Of a DNA stretch of 64,000 nucleotides, positions 14,301 to 40,046 are shown in pieces (the first letter of the stretch is position 1; every line of letters starts with the position of its first letter). A program made the position numbers and the translations under genes. This stretch comes from Lama glama. Its lineage: Eukaryota. Location of the stretch: assembly GCA_028534125.1 (NCBI GenBank), contig CM052828.1, positions 61,194,001-61,258,000 of the forward strand, given 5' to 3'. The notes beneath the pieces are model-generated. The model was not told the DNA's origin and did not search any database. It was given only the letters and a program-made list of their open reading frames with translations.

Positions 14301-17300
14301 ACTGGAGCCCTACGTGACAGGTCAGCCCCCACCTGGACGGAGCCCCCACCTCCGCGGCAGGCAGCTCCAGCCCAGCACTGAGGGCAGAGACAAACATGGC
14401 GGGGGCCGCGTCGGTGGGGTTCTGTCTGGCGGGGCTGTCGTCCCCGGACACGTGGGCGTGAAGTCTGCCCGGCACCCTGTGCTTTGCCGTGTGGTTTGCA
14501 CAGGGAAGCTGGTGTCGGGGTTGCCTTCCAGTGGGGCCCCGAGTTGGGAGAAAGCGATCTGGAGGGGCGCAGTAGGCGGGGGCCTGTCCCCTGACGGAGT
14601 TGCTTGGTCTGTGCAGCCAAGTGACCAAGAAAGTCCGGAGGGTCAGTGCCCGTCCTGACAACAGGCGGGCGTTTGCGGGGCAGCTGTTGCTCTGGGTCTC
14701 AGGCACCTGTGGATCCTTGGCTGAGCTGTTGGGGTCCTGGCCACGGAGGGATGGACTTCATGGTGAGAAGAAGCTGCCTCCCTGCCTCTCCGTGGGGTGG
14801 ACTTACCCCCACTGCCTCGGGTGGGCCTGAAGGGCTCCCACGCAGTCCAGGAGGAACGGGCGTCTGGCCGCAGAGCGTCCCAAGTGGATCCTGCCCGCCC
14901 CCTGCTCCCACCGCAGCTGCGCCCTCTTCTCGGCGGTGCGGCGGCCTCCAGGCCAGGGCAAACGTAGGTCTTTCTTCCCTCGGTTCCCATGTCTGCTTTG
15001 TGACGACAGCGCCTATCCCGGCTCGGCTGAGGTCACCAGGGACTGGTGACTGGGGACGTGAACGAGGATGCTGAGCCGCCCAGGGAGACCCGGCCATGGC
15101 CCTGCCTGGGCAGCTCCAAGGGATGGCCGCAGCTGTCGTCTCAGCACGTGTGCCTGCTTCGTGACTTTGCTGTACTCTTTTTCCAGAAATGGCTCAGGGG
15201 TCACTTGGCGGCGTCTTCCTCACATCTGCGGTCTCGGCTTCTAACGGCACAAGGCTCTCTGCTAGGTGAGTAGCTGTGGTCCCGGCAGGGTCATCCGGCA
15301 GCGGGGACCAGCCCTCCGCAGCTGCGCAGACCGGGCTCACTGCCCGCCCAATGCGCTCACGCTGCCCCGAGTCACAGCCCAGCCCGTCCCCTGTGCAGAG
15401 GCCCCTTTTGTGTGACCAGTTTCTTCCCCAAAGGTGAGCAGTAACACGGGCTTTATTTTTGAGAAAGTAGCGCCTGCAAGGTGGGGGCAGTCACGTGACC
15501 CGCGGCAGCCCGAGTGACGGTATTCCTTGGTCACAAGTTTCCTTTTTCTCTTAACACATTTGAGGTCACAACTACGTATAATTTTGTTCCCTCCTTTCTT
15601 CACTTGACCGTTTATTGTATTTTTCTGTGCTGAAGGGGCTCTGACGTCTGAATCCGTGTATTTGACCTTTGACCCAGCAGTCCCGGGCAGAATCACGTTG
15701 TGCCTGGGGGTTTGTCTTAGTTTTTAAAGGTAAATGTGAGACGGTGTCAGCAGTAGGTGTTGATGAAACTGGGTTTCTTCGCTTTTGTGTGGTGTTCTAC
15801 GCTGTGTATGTTACTTTGTCTTCATCTGAGTGTTAATTGTAAGTGTTTAGTTTCGTAAACAGAGCACAGTGGGCAGTGAGTCTAGCCACCGGGGCCGAGT
15901 CGTGGTGTGGACACACCTTCCACGGAGGCCCTGGTGTTGTGTGGCCTCTGTGGCGCTGCCAGGGCCCCAGCGCGGCCCCAAGGGGTCTTGCCGGCAGGCG
16001 GGGCGCTTTCGGGGTCGGCCCCCTCGGCGGGGCCGAAGGAGTGCGGAGTCCTCCGGGTGCCTGCTCTGGCTGGGCCTCGGCAGAGGTCAGCTCGGCCGTC
16101 AGTTCCCGGCCTGCCCCTGCGGGTGTGGTCAGCCTGTGGAGCCCGGACGTGCTTGCTCCAAGAGGTGGGGTTTGGGTGTTTTCTAAACTTTCACTTTAAG
16201 GAACTCCTCCTATTGGTTCGTTTTCCAGAAGCTTGTGTCGGTTTTTGTAGCGAAACAAGCAAAGCCAGTACTGTTTCTGAAGAAAAGCCCCCGTGTGTGG
16301 TGGTGGACGTGAGAGTTCACAGAGGCGGGTGACGCACGTTTGCTGACCCGGCCTCCGTGTCGGGAGTTGGGTGGCTCCCAGTTGCAGGAGGAGCTGCGTG
16401 GTCAGCCTCTCGGCTCAGGTCTCAGCCTTTCCGACGTCGTTGCTGGGCTGGGTCTCCCGGAGCGGGGATTCCTTTGTCGAAGAGCACGGCGTTCGGTAGG
16501 TTTCGTCGTGCAGCGTTTGAGACACCAGTCGAGTGTGAAGGTGCTTGCGTGATTTTCTGTTTCAGCATTAGGGTCCGAGGCTGCCCTGGCTGGGGGTGCT
16601 GGCGGTGCCAACGGCCGTCAGGGCCTCCGGGGGCACTAAAGCAGCAGCGTGTCCCCGAACCGCGTCACACGCCCAGGCCCCGTCTCAGGTCCCCGACGGC
16701 TGGTTTCCAGTGCGGCTCTGACCCTTTCACGTCCTGTCACCTCTGAATGGGTTTGCTCTTCCAGAGTCACCTCCCTTTGTGGAAACAGTCGAAGGCCTTC
16801 AGGTCGGCCTGCTGGGCGAGCCCTCCCTCTGGGGCAGACGATGCGGCTCTGAGTCATGGTGGGAGGCCTTCCCGGAGTCTGGAGGCTGGACGAGCTCTGG
16901 GATTTTAATTCTCGGTCGGCGTCCTTTCCATACTTGGTGTTTCTTAGAAAACCTCTCTCTGCTGTTCACCTCGGGTGCTGAGATGCTGAAATGACTTGTG
17001 ACTTTAGCCCGCCTCGTGGTGGGCGTGGGCCTCAGACCACCGCTGGGCCCGCTGACCCCACGTCGGGGGCGCTGTACTGGGATCTTTCACCAGGACCCTG
17101 GCTCTCAAACCCCCTCCATTCCAGGCCGGGACCCCCACCTTCCGGGCTGGATGGCGCTTTGTGGTGAGCACTGCCCCGCTCCTCGTGGGGTTTGGGTTGC
17201 ACCCACGGCCTCAGATGCCAGTACCCCTCCAGTTGTGACAACCAAAGATGGGGTGAGGCTCCTGGGGGCATCTGCAGGCGCGGGCGGGTCCCAGACACTC

Positions 17301-18060
17301 GTCCGAGGACCAGCGTGTGGGGGGCCAGGCAGCCCTGGCTCCCACTGCCCAGGGCCCCCCGCTGACCATCAGCAGGCGCTGATCCACAAACTGTCAGCAC
17401 CGTGGGGTCCCGGAGCCGGGCCGGGGTGTGGGCTGCAGAGCGTCTGCGTGAGACTCGCTGGTCTCAGCTCACTGTCGCGTGGCACAGACGCCGGAGGGGC
17501 CGGGGCATTGTTAGCACACGCGCCTGTCCATGCACGAGTGCACATGTGCACGTACAGCTCACTGGGCCCTCCCTGGCACCACTGTTGGGGGTCTCGTGTG
17601 GAGGGTCCCGGGTCATCCTTTTCGGGCTGGGCCTTTTCTTCCCCTGCCCCCACCTCTTCCCAGGGGTCCGGAGGGTCCGGAGGTTTTCCGACTTGTGCAC
17701 CTGCAATCTTGTTTCTGACGAAACTTGAACGGGAGCAGACTGAGTGCTGGGGTCCTGCTGGGTCCCCTTGCTTCGGACGCGAGAGGGTGACGGGGCCGCG
17801 GGTGCTGGACTCCGTGCTGCGTGAGGTTCCCGCTCCCGACTATGTCCTTGACACCCCGCCGCCCGCCGTCCCTGGTGCGGCCGCTGACCTCGTGCGCCTC
17901 CCGTCCCTGCAGTGACCTAGCCAACGGCGCAGACGGGATGCTGGCCACCAGCTCCAGTGGGTCGCAGTACAGCGGGTCCAGGGTGGAGACGCCCGTGTCC
18001 TGCGTCGGGGAGGACGATGAGGAGGACGACGCCTTCATCGAGAACGAGGAAGAGGACTGA
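5244..18060 (+). CDS. TFDP1: Transcription factor Dp-1 (E2F dimerization partner), 5'-partial: join(5244-5310,6977-7083,9751-9872,10745-10910,11150-11293,11729-11797,13613-13764,14154-14320,15187-15265,17913-18060)
   Basis: Ten AG/GT-bounded exons (67,107,122,166,144,69,152,167,79,148 nt) splice into one open frame: [22 protein letters not shown]...[29 protein letters not shown]...DEF box [30 protein letters not shown]...acidic tail [16 protein letters not shown]. Adding the 12-nt MAKD exon expected upstream gives 410 aa. Confidence 0.98.
6977..7083 (+). CDS. TFDP1: TFDP1 coding exon ([35 protein letters not shown])
   Basis: ttgcag|GTGTGG ... CAAGTG|gtaagg; 107 nt. Confidence 0.96.
9751..9872 (+). 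CDS. TFDP1: TFDP1 coding exon ([41 protein letters not shown])
   Basis: ctgtag|GTGATC ... GCCGG|gtgagc; 122 nt. Confidence 0.96.
10745..10910 (+). CDS. TFDP1: TFDP1 coding exon, start of winged-helix DNA-binding domain
   Basis: ctgcag|GAAGCG ... GAGTCG|gtgagt; 166 nt; [28 protein letters not shown]. Confidence 0.97.
11150..11293 (+). CDS. TFDP1: TFDP1 coding exon with DEF box
   Basis: ccgcag|GCTTAC ... CTGGAG|gtaccc; 144 nt; [24 protein letters not shown]. Confidence 0.96.
11729..11797 (+). CDS. TFDP1: TFDP1 coding exon ([23 protein letters not shown], coiled coil)
   Basis: ttgaag|GTAGAG ... CTGCAG|gtaagg; 69 nt. Confidence 0.96.
12013..12200. repeat. Degenerate (TG)n/(CA)n purine-pyrimidine tract
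   Basis: gtgcatgcgtgtgtgtgcgtgtgagcctgtgtgtgc...; similar tracts at ~4360-4480, 5375-5410, 9965-10010 and 39062-39097. Confidence 0.8.
13613..13764 (+). CDS. TFDP1: TFDP1 coding exon ([11 protein letters not shown]...IDCSISNDK)
   Basis: tttcag|CAAATT ... GACAA|gtaggt; 152 nt. Confidence 0.96.
14154..14320 (+). CDS. TFDP1: TFDP1 coding exon ([24 protein letters not shown]...)
   Basis: ctccag|GTTTGA ... TGACAG|gtcagc; 167 nt. Confidence 0.96.
15187..15265 (+). CDS. TFDP1: TFDP1 coding exon ([25 protein letters not shown])
   Basis: ttccag|AAATGG ... GCTAG|gtgagt; 79 nt. Confidence 0.94.
17913..18060 (+). CDS. TFDP1: TFDP1 last coding exon with acidic tail and TGA
   Basis: ctgcag|TGACCT ... 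GACTGA; 148 nt. Confidence 0.96.
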
Positions 18061-18666
18061 GCCATGCGGCACTGGGAGGGGAGCTGCGGAGCGGCCGGCT
18101 GGCTCTTGGCCTCCTCAGCGAGCGCAGGACTCGACGTGCGCCTCCAAGCGGCGCGGGCTTGTCCTCGGGGTCTGGACGGCTGGCCTGGTGCAGCCAGCTG
18201 ACGTGCAGCCTCCACTGCTTTCGGATTTTCTGTTTTCGTTTGCTGTTTCTTTAAATTCAAAGCTTTTGTTGCCCCTTGAGGACCCTTGCTGGGTTTGCTG
18301 AGGAAGCTGGGTTCCACCCATCGTTGGTGAGGACAGACGGAGGCCTCCGCCCAGTGCCCAGTGCCGCCTGGTGAGGCCCCGATCGCCACCCGCCCGGCTC
18401 TGCTCCCCTGCCTTTTCTTACGACCTTATTTCCCTTAAATTATATTGACTGTGTGACTCCATCGGGTTTGTACTTTGTTTTTGCTCTGCGTTGCAGCAAA
18501 CACATTGCAAAGTTCCTTTTTTGTTTTTGTTTGTTTGGTTTGGTAGAAGTTTACTGCCGTGCTGGTGCAGCTGTGGAAACTCTGGAAAGCTTGGAATGGT
18601 TTATTGCTTATGGTAAATTCGCCTGATTTCTTACAGGCAGCGTTTGGAGACTTTTTATTACATAGT

Positions 18667-18674
18667 TGTTTACA
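18667..18674 (+). promoter_or_regulatory. miR-30 family 8-mer seed site in the TFDP1 3'UTR
   Basis: TGTTTACA inside the AT-rich 3'UTR block (~18590-18850). Confidence 0.55.
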
Positions 18675-18960
18675 TACTTATAAGTCTATCATTTAAAGAC
18701 ATGTACTGAAACAAATGTTGTATTTGTTTCGCAAGCATCTTCCTGTGATCTATTATAAAATTGAAATTAAATATAGAGGATGTTTTAACAGTTTTTTAAC
18801 TCAGAACTTGTCAATCATTTTTAATAGTTGTTTTTTTATAAAAAGAAACAGGAATTTCAGGACAGGCAGTAGTCTCTCTTAAAACTTACTCACAAAGAAC
18901 CGTTAACTGCACCATTGCTGTTAGCTGCCTGTTCTAAACAAGCCTTTTTATTGGAACACA

Positions 18961-18993
18961 AATAAACTTTTCTGTAATATTTTGTGGAATAAA
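18961..18993 (+). terminator. TFDP1 polyadenylation signals (two AATAAA)
   Basis: AATAAA at 18961-18966 and 18988-18993, at the end of an AT-rich 3'UTR block about 0.9 kb after the stop. Confidence 0.75.
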
Positions 18994-20119
18994 GAGACTT
19001 TAACTGTCTGACTTGTTTAACTCGGCACCGTTGGTTTTTATTAATGAAGCGTGCGTATGCATTCTAAACAAGCCGCGAGTCCCTCTGATACAGGGGCGCT
19101 GTTGGGACTCGCCTCTCCACCACCGTGGGAAGGAGTTCGGCCACTGCCCAAGGCGGTCCTGGGGATGCAGCCAGGGCAGCGCCCCCTCTCCGGTGGCCGG
19201 GGCTGGGCAGAGGGCTCATGCCTGCCTTTCTGCTCGCCATGTTTTCAGGGGAACACTGCCCACCACCTACCATGCTTTACTCCCTGTAAAATGTCACCTT
19301 TGTACACACATATCCCACAAGGTCACCAAGCACCAGGCGTGCCCTCACGGTGACGCAGCCACGGCGAGATCACCAGGCCGAGTCACTGCCTTTCTTCTGG
19401 ATCCTGAAAGCTGACACAGATTTTATGGATTTGACTCTTGGAAAAGAGTAAGATTGGAAGGTAAGATAGAATTAAGTGGTTTATTCGAGCTGGTTGAGTG
19501 AATCTGTGAACGTTTCAGGAGACGGTTGTGGACTTGAGCAGGGGCAGGCGTCCCTCAGGCTGTGGCCGGAGCCCCTTCCTCCTGACGGTGGCTGTAACTC
19601 CGACCATCCTGTGGCTTGTGGGACGGAGGGCCGGGGAGTCTCAGCGCCACGTGCAGGTGGACGTGCGGCCAGCCCGGCTTCTCCTGGGCTTTGCGCCCTG
19701 CTGCGTCCTCCTCCGGTGCGTCTGGGCGGGTCCCACCAGGGTGACAGCCGCTGGTTCGGAAGGGCGAGGGGGCCTGTGACTGCTGGTTAGGTGGTCATGT
19801 TGCTCTCGGGGCCGTCCTGGGCAGGCGACAAGGTTCTGGCACCATCTCCTCATTGCTTCTCCTGGTGGGTGCTTGGCCGTGGCCCTGTCATCTCGGAGCA
19901 TCGCCATCTGGGTGTCCCCGCCTGCACCCTTTGGCCCCCGGTGTCCCTGTGGTGCTCTGTGACCTTTGGGGATGTGTGTTTATAAAGGTCACATTCTGTA
20001 AGGAGTGAAACGTTAAAGGTAGTGAGTGCTGAGTTTCTAACAGGAGGGCCTGTGGCTAAATGGGCCGAGTGCTGACTGGGTGTTAGCACAGTGGCTCCCG
20101 GAGATGCCATCACCTGCAT

Positions 20120-20220
20120 GTGGGTGCCCCGCGTGCGCCCAGTGGGTGCCCAGTGAGTGCCCAGCATGTGCCCAGTGAGTGCCCGGCGTGCGCCCAGCCT
20201 GTGCCTGCCGTGTGCCTGGT
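20120..20220. repeat. Degenerate 11-bp tandem repeat (GTGCCCAGTGR)
   Basis: About 9 units read directly. Confidence 0.75.
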
Positions 20221-21214
20221 GCTTTGGTGACATCAGTGTGAGGTGAAATGGCTCACCTCCACTGGGGAGGAGAAACTTCCAGGCTTGAACCTCGGCCTCT
20301 GGCCTCTGACCCCTGACCCCAGAGCCTGTGCCACCCCTCCCCCAGGTGCTGATTGTCCCATGTATTTAATAGCGACTTGGCAGAAAATTCCAGAACTTCT
20401 TCCCAAGGAGCGGTTTGTGGTCTGTGTGCTTCCAGGACCGAGATCTCACACACCTTTCCCTCCCCAAGCACGCGCAGCCCCTCACATGCCGGGACTCGGG
20501 CCTCCTTGGCCTCTGTCCTTACCTGTGAGATGGGATCTGCGGGTCCGGCCTGGGTCAGCCCCTCGGCCTCATTCGTTTGGAGGTACCTGCGCCCCGCCCC
20601 GCCCCATGCCAGCCTCGGTGTCGCTTCTGGGTGACTAGACCTCTGACCTCTGACCTGCTGTGTGTCATGGCACACCTGAGATGACCTAACTTCTGACCTG
20701 GTGTGATGGTTCTGAGTGGCTCTCGGGGGGGTGGTCAGCAAGGAGGAGCGTCTGCCCCGGGGTCTCACGTGGTGGAGACGCCCACACTCCCAGGGTCCCG
20801 CGGCTGTGGGGTGCTGCCCGGCGCCTGCCCCAGGCTGTGTCCCCGGTGCTTGTCTGGGGTCAGGACACCGGGCCTCGAGCTACGGTTTGGGTGAAAATAG
20901 GCGAGTCAGAGCAGGTTTGTCTCTGGACAGATTGTCCTCATCTCAGTGTTTTCCAAGGAAGTCAGCGTTGCAGACTTCATGCTCCTGGAGGCTGGCGGGA
21001 GGTTGGAAGGGAGGCCGCCTCTGGGCTCGGGTCTGTCCGCGCTGGCGACACCCTTGCGCCCGGGAACCACGTGTTCTCAAGTGACAGCCGCTCTGCTTTG
21101 TCCTGTGGTTTCCCTGACTTGCCATTGAAAGTTTTAAAGAAAGAGCCGTTTGATTTTTCGGTTCTTTCTCCTTATCAGGAAAGACATGACTGTTTTTTGT
21201 AGAGTAAGGGTGAG

Positions 21215-21225
21215 TTTAATTTAAT
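21215..21225 (-). terminator. Probable ATP4B polyadenylation signal (two overlapping ATTAAA)
   Basis: + strand TTTAAT at 21215-21220 and 21220-21225, about 400 nt past the stop. Confidence 0.6.
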
Positions 21226-21627
21226 AAACTTGATTTTTACAGTTTAGGAATTGCACTTTTTAAAGCAAGCCTCCAGAATGCCCACAACCCCACGTTTCAC
21301 GTCAGCGCATCCCTAGTCTGCATAGTAACAGACGGGAAAACCAGTTACAGCAAGAAGAGTGGTGTGCAGGTGGACAAGTCCTCTCGGGGTCTTGGTGGTC
21401 AGACGGCTGCTGCCTTAAGGTCACCATGTCGGCCCCACGTTTTTATCAGCTCTGCAAATCCTCTCTAAAAAGGAGTAGAGACCTAGTCTGATTCTAATGC
21501 CGAGAGCGCGGTGCACAGGCCGGTCTGCTCCCCGCGCCGGCTCCAGCCAGGTGGGCACGATGGGAGCCGGTGGCCAGGAGGTGGTGGTCTGCGAGTGCCC
21601 CTGCGGGCCGGGCCAGCCTCCTGCTCG

Positions 21628-26462
<4,835 letters not shown>

Positions 26463-26508
26463 CGGCCCTGCTTCTGGAAGCCCTCCTCCAGGAGGAGAAA
26501 GTCCGGGG

Positions 26509-26715
26509 TTTTATAGTCTCCTCGTCAGAGGTCAGCGGCACGGTGGAGCCGGTCCCAGGGGAGCCTGGCAGGCGTTATCACGCCGCCGCTATCGGGCAGC
26601 CCTGGCAGGTCCTCCCGCTGTCAGGTGCCTCCACCCTCTCCCTGGGCAAGTCAGGGCCCCGCTGCTGGCCCCCAGCCCCGGACGCCCTTGGCCCTGACTT
26701 GGTCTGTTCTGATAG
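26509..26715 (-). promoter_or_regulatory. ATP4B proximal promoter: TATA box plus GATA sites
   Basis: TATAAAA (minus) at 26509-26515, about 47 nt upstream of the ATG. GATA motifs: TGATAA (minus, 26575-26580), CGATAG (minus, 26589-26594), TGATAG (plus, 26710-26715). AGGTCA half-site at 26529-26534. GATA4/6 control of proton-pump subunit promoters is established. Confidence 0.75.
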
Positions 26716-28034
26716 CAGCGAAGGAGAAATTCTTCCTTGCGCGCAGGTGCCCTGCTCTTCCCGCTCTCGCTCCTTTGGGAGGGTGTGAAGGGCAGGCAGC
26801 AGGAGGGCGGGCCGGACCCCGACTCTCACCTGTCACTGACCTGCTTCCGGCTCTGAGACGAGGGGCAGCAGGTGACCGAGGTGGCGGCCCCACGGGGGTC
26901 TCCCACCACTGCCTTCCTGCTGCGCCCCTCCCTGAGCGCACACCTGGCAGTGCCCAGGCAGGGCCCTTGTCTCTGAGAGCCGTTGCTGGGGGCAGGGGGC
27001 TAGGCTCTTCAAGACTTTTTCGTGTGTCTCTGAGGAATGCACAGCCGTGCAGCCCAGAGACGGAACGCACCCCACTCCCTGAGCGTGATTTTGAAACGCA
27101 GATTGTGTGCCAAGGGGACCCCACGGTCCTGGAGCTCTCGGGGGCTGTGTGGTGGCTGCGGGGCCACAGCAGGTTCTGGGCTGGGGACACTCGGCCCTGC
27201 AGCATACTGGGTCCCCGGGGCGCCCATCCCAGCCCCGAGTTTCTGGGTGAGCTAGCCTGCGTGGGGCCTGAACCCGCAGGCCGTCTCGAGATGCAGCCAG
27301 AACCAGGAGGCCTTGGCGGTTTGCCCAGTGGGGGCCGTGACAACCGCTCCCTGGGGCATCCGACTGCGGCCAGGTAGAAAGGGCAGCCTGGCAAAGACGC
27401 TGCGCGGCAGAGGCCTCTCCACTGACGCAGAGCTCACAACCTCTGGCCTTGTGAGGCGGTTCCCTCACTGCCACTCCCAGGCCTTCCCGCTGAGGGACCT
27501 GTGCAGCCAAATTTGAGGTTCCTTTGGGACCAAGAAAACCCCTCAAGCCGTCATGCTCATTTTCTTCAGGATGATTTAGTTTGTCAGCAAATTGAACAGC
27601 CCAGAATTCAGATGCAATTGCACCATTTTAGCTTGAACTCATAATTGCTTAATGGACCAATCCTCTGCATGTTCCTTAACTGTTCCCATTCACAACTTTG
27701 GGATTTTAGGGCCGTAAAAACAGGGAATGCTGCACTGGGCTGCAGTCTAATCGCCCACAGCCTGCGAGCCTGGGACCCAGAGTGCCCAGGCCTGAAGCCA
27801 CAGGGCAGCAGCTGGTGTCCCCGGAAGAAACGCCGCCCTGGTCTGGAGAGGACAGAGATGCTCTGGGAGTGAGCAAAGGGTGAGTTCTTTCTGGAAGTCT
27901 TTGAAATCTTCCACACTCAGTCTCTGAATTCCCAACAGGGAAAGTGTGTGCACTGCACACTCGTTATCAAAATGACCTTCTCCAGACACGCGCTGGGGGG
28001 AGGGGACGCAGGAGAGGGCATGGGGAAGGGCAGC

Positions 28035-28130
28035 TGTGCCCTGGGTGTGCCTCAGCTGTGTCTCAGGTGTGTCCCTAGCGTCCCCCACATGTGCCCCAGG
28101 TGTGCCCCAGGTGTCCCCCAGGGTGTCCCT
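28035..28130. repeat. Degenerate 11-bp tandem repeat (GTGTGCCCCAG)
   Basis: About 8 units between ATP4B and GRK1. Confidence 0.75.
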
Positions 28131-28589
28131 GGCCTCTTCACCCCCCTCGCTCTCTGTGGGGCCTCAGCCCTGGGTGCAGCTGGGGGCCTCCTGCTCCTCA
28201 CCCTGCCTTCACTGGCTTCTCAGTGTCTCTGCTTTGCCAGCACTCCCCAGGGGAGTGGGGGCTGATCCCTCACCCAGCGCCGGGGCTACCTGAGGCCGTT
28301 GGTCATGGTGACACAGCTGCTCTCAGTGTCAGCGCGGGGTGGAGTTTGGTCCTGGCAGGCTGACCGGCCCCCTGGCCGGTGGTCACTCCTCAACTCCTAG
28401 CATAGCTGATTTTCTTCCCACTTGCTGTTTCTCTAGGGACAAAAGTGAAGCCTCGTGGGGAAACACAGCTGTCTTCGTGAATTCACATCCCCGGCCCCTC
28501 CCTTCACTTGGGCCTCGTGTCCCCACGGGGAAGCCGGCGGACGGTCCGGCCCTTCGACTTGGGTCCGAGGGCAGACAGGCGGCTCTGGG

Positions 28590-28840
28590 CTCCCGCGTGG
28601 TGTGGCTGTCGGGGGTGTGTCCTTCCCTGCGAGAAGGAGGGGAGGAGCCAGACAGGGCGGCTGCTCTAATCCATCTGGAGCAGCTTAGGGATTGTCTTTT
28701 TCTGGCACCTGCTGCGCCCTGAGCGTCCTCCACTCCGGCCGGGCGGGCTTAGCCTGAGCTGCGTCTGCCGGGCTCCCGGGGCCGCAGCCGGGCCGACTTC
28801 CCATCCCCAGAGGGCAGGCGCGGGCCACAGACCAAGGGCA
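28590..28840 (+). promoter_or_regulatory. GRK1 core photoreceptor promoter (homologous to the short human GRK1 promoter)
   Basis: CRX/OTX2 site CTAATCC at 28666-28672, followed by GCAGCTTAGGGATTGTCTTTTTCTGGCACC (T-rich module) and later GGGCCACAGACCAAGGGC. These match my recollection of the human GRK1 minimal promoter. TATA-less. Confidence 0.8.
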
Positions 28841-28899
28841 GCGGGTCAGGCCAGCTCGGGACGCGGTGCCTGACGCGACGGGAGGGAGTGGGCCCCAGG

Positions 28900-40046
<11,147 letters not shown>

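Noticed and set aside
16998-17915. 305-aa ORF in the last TFDP1 intron
   Set aside because: GTG start, no homology recognised, and out of frame with the last exon.
26870-26890. CTCF insulator between ATP4B and GRK1 (GACCGAGGTGGCGG)
   Set aside because: The 5' half of the core motif mismatches; too weak to call by eye.
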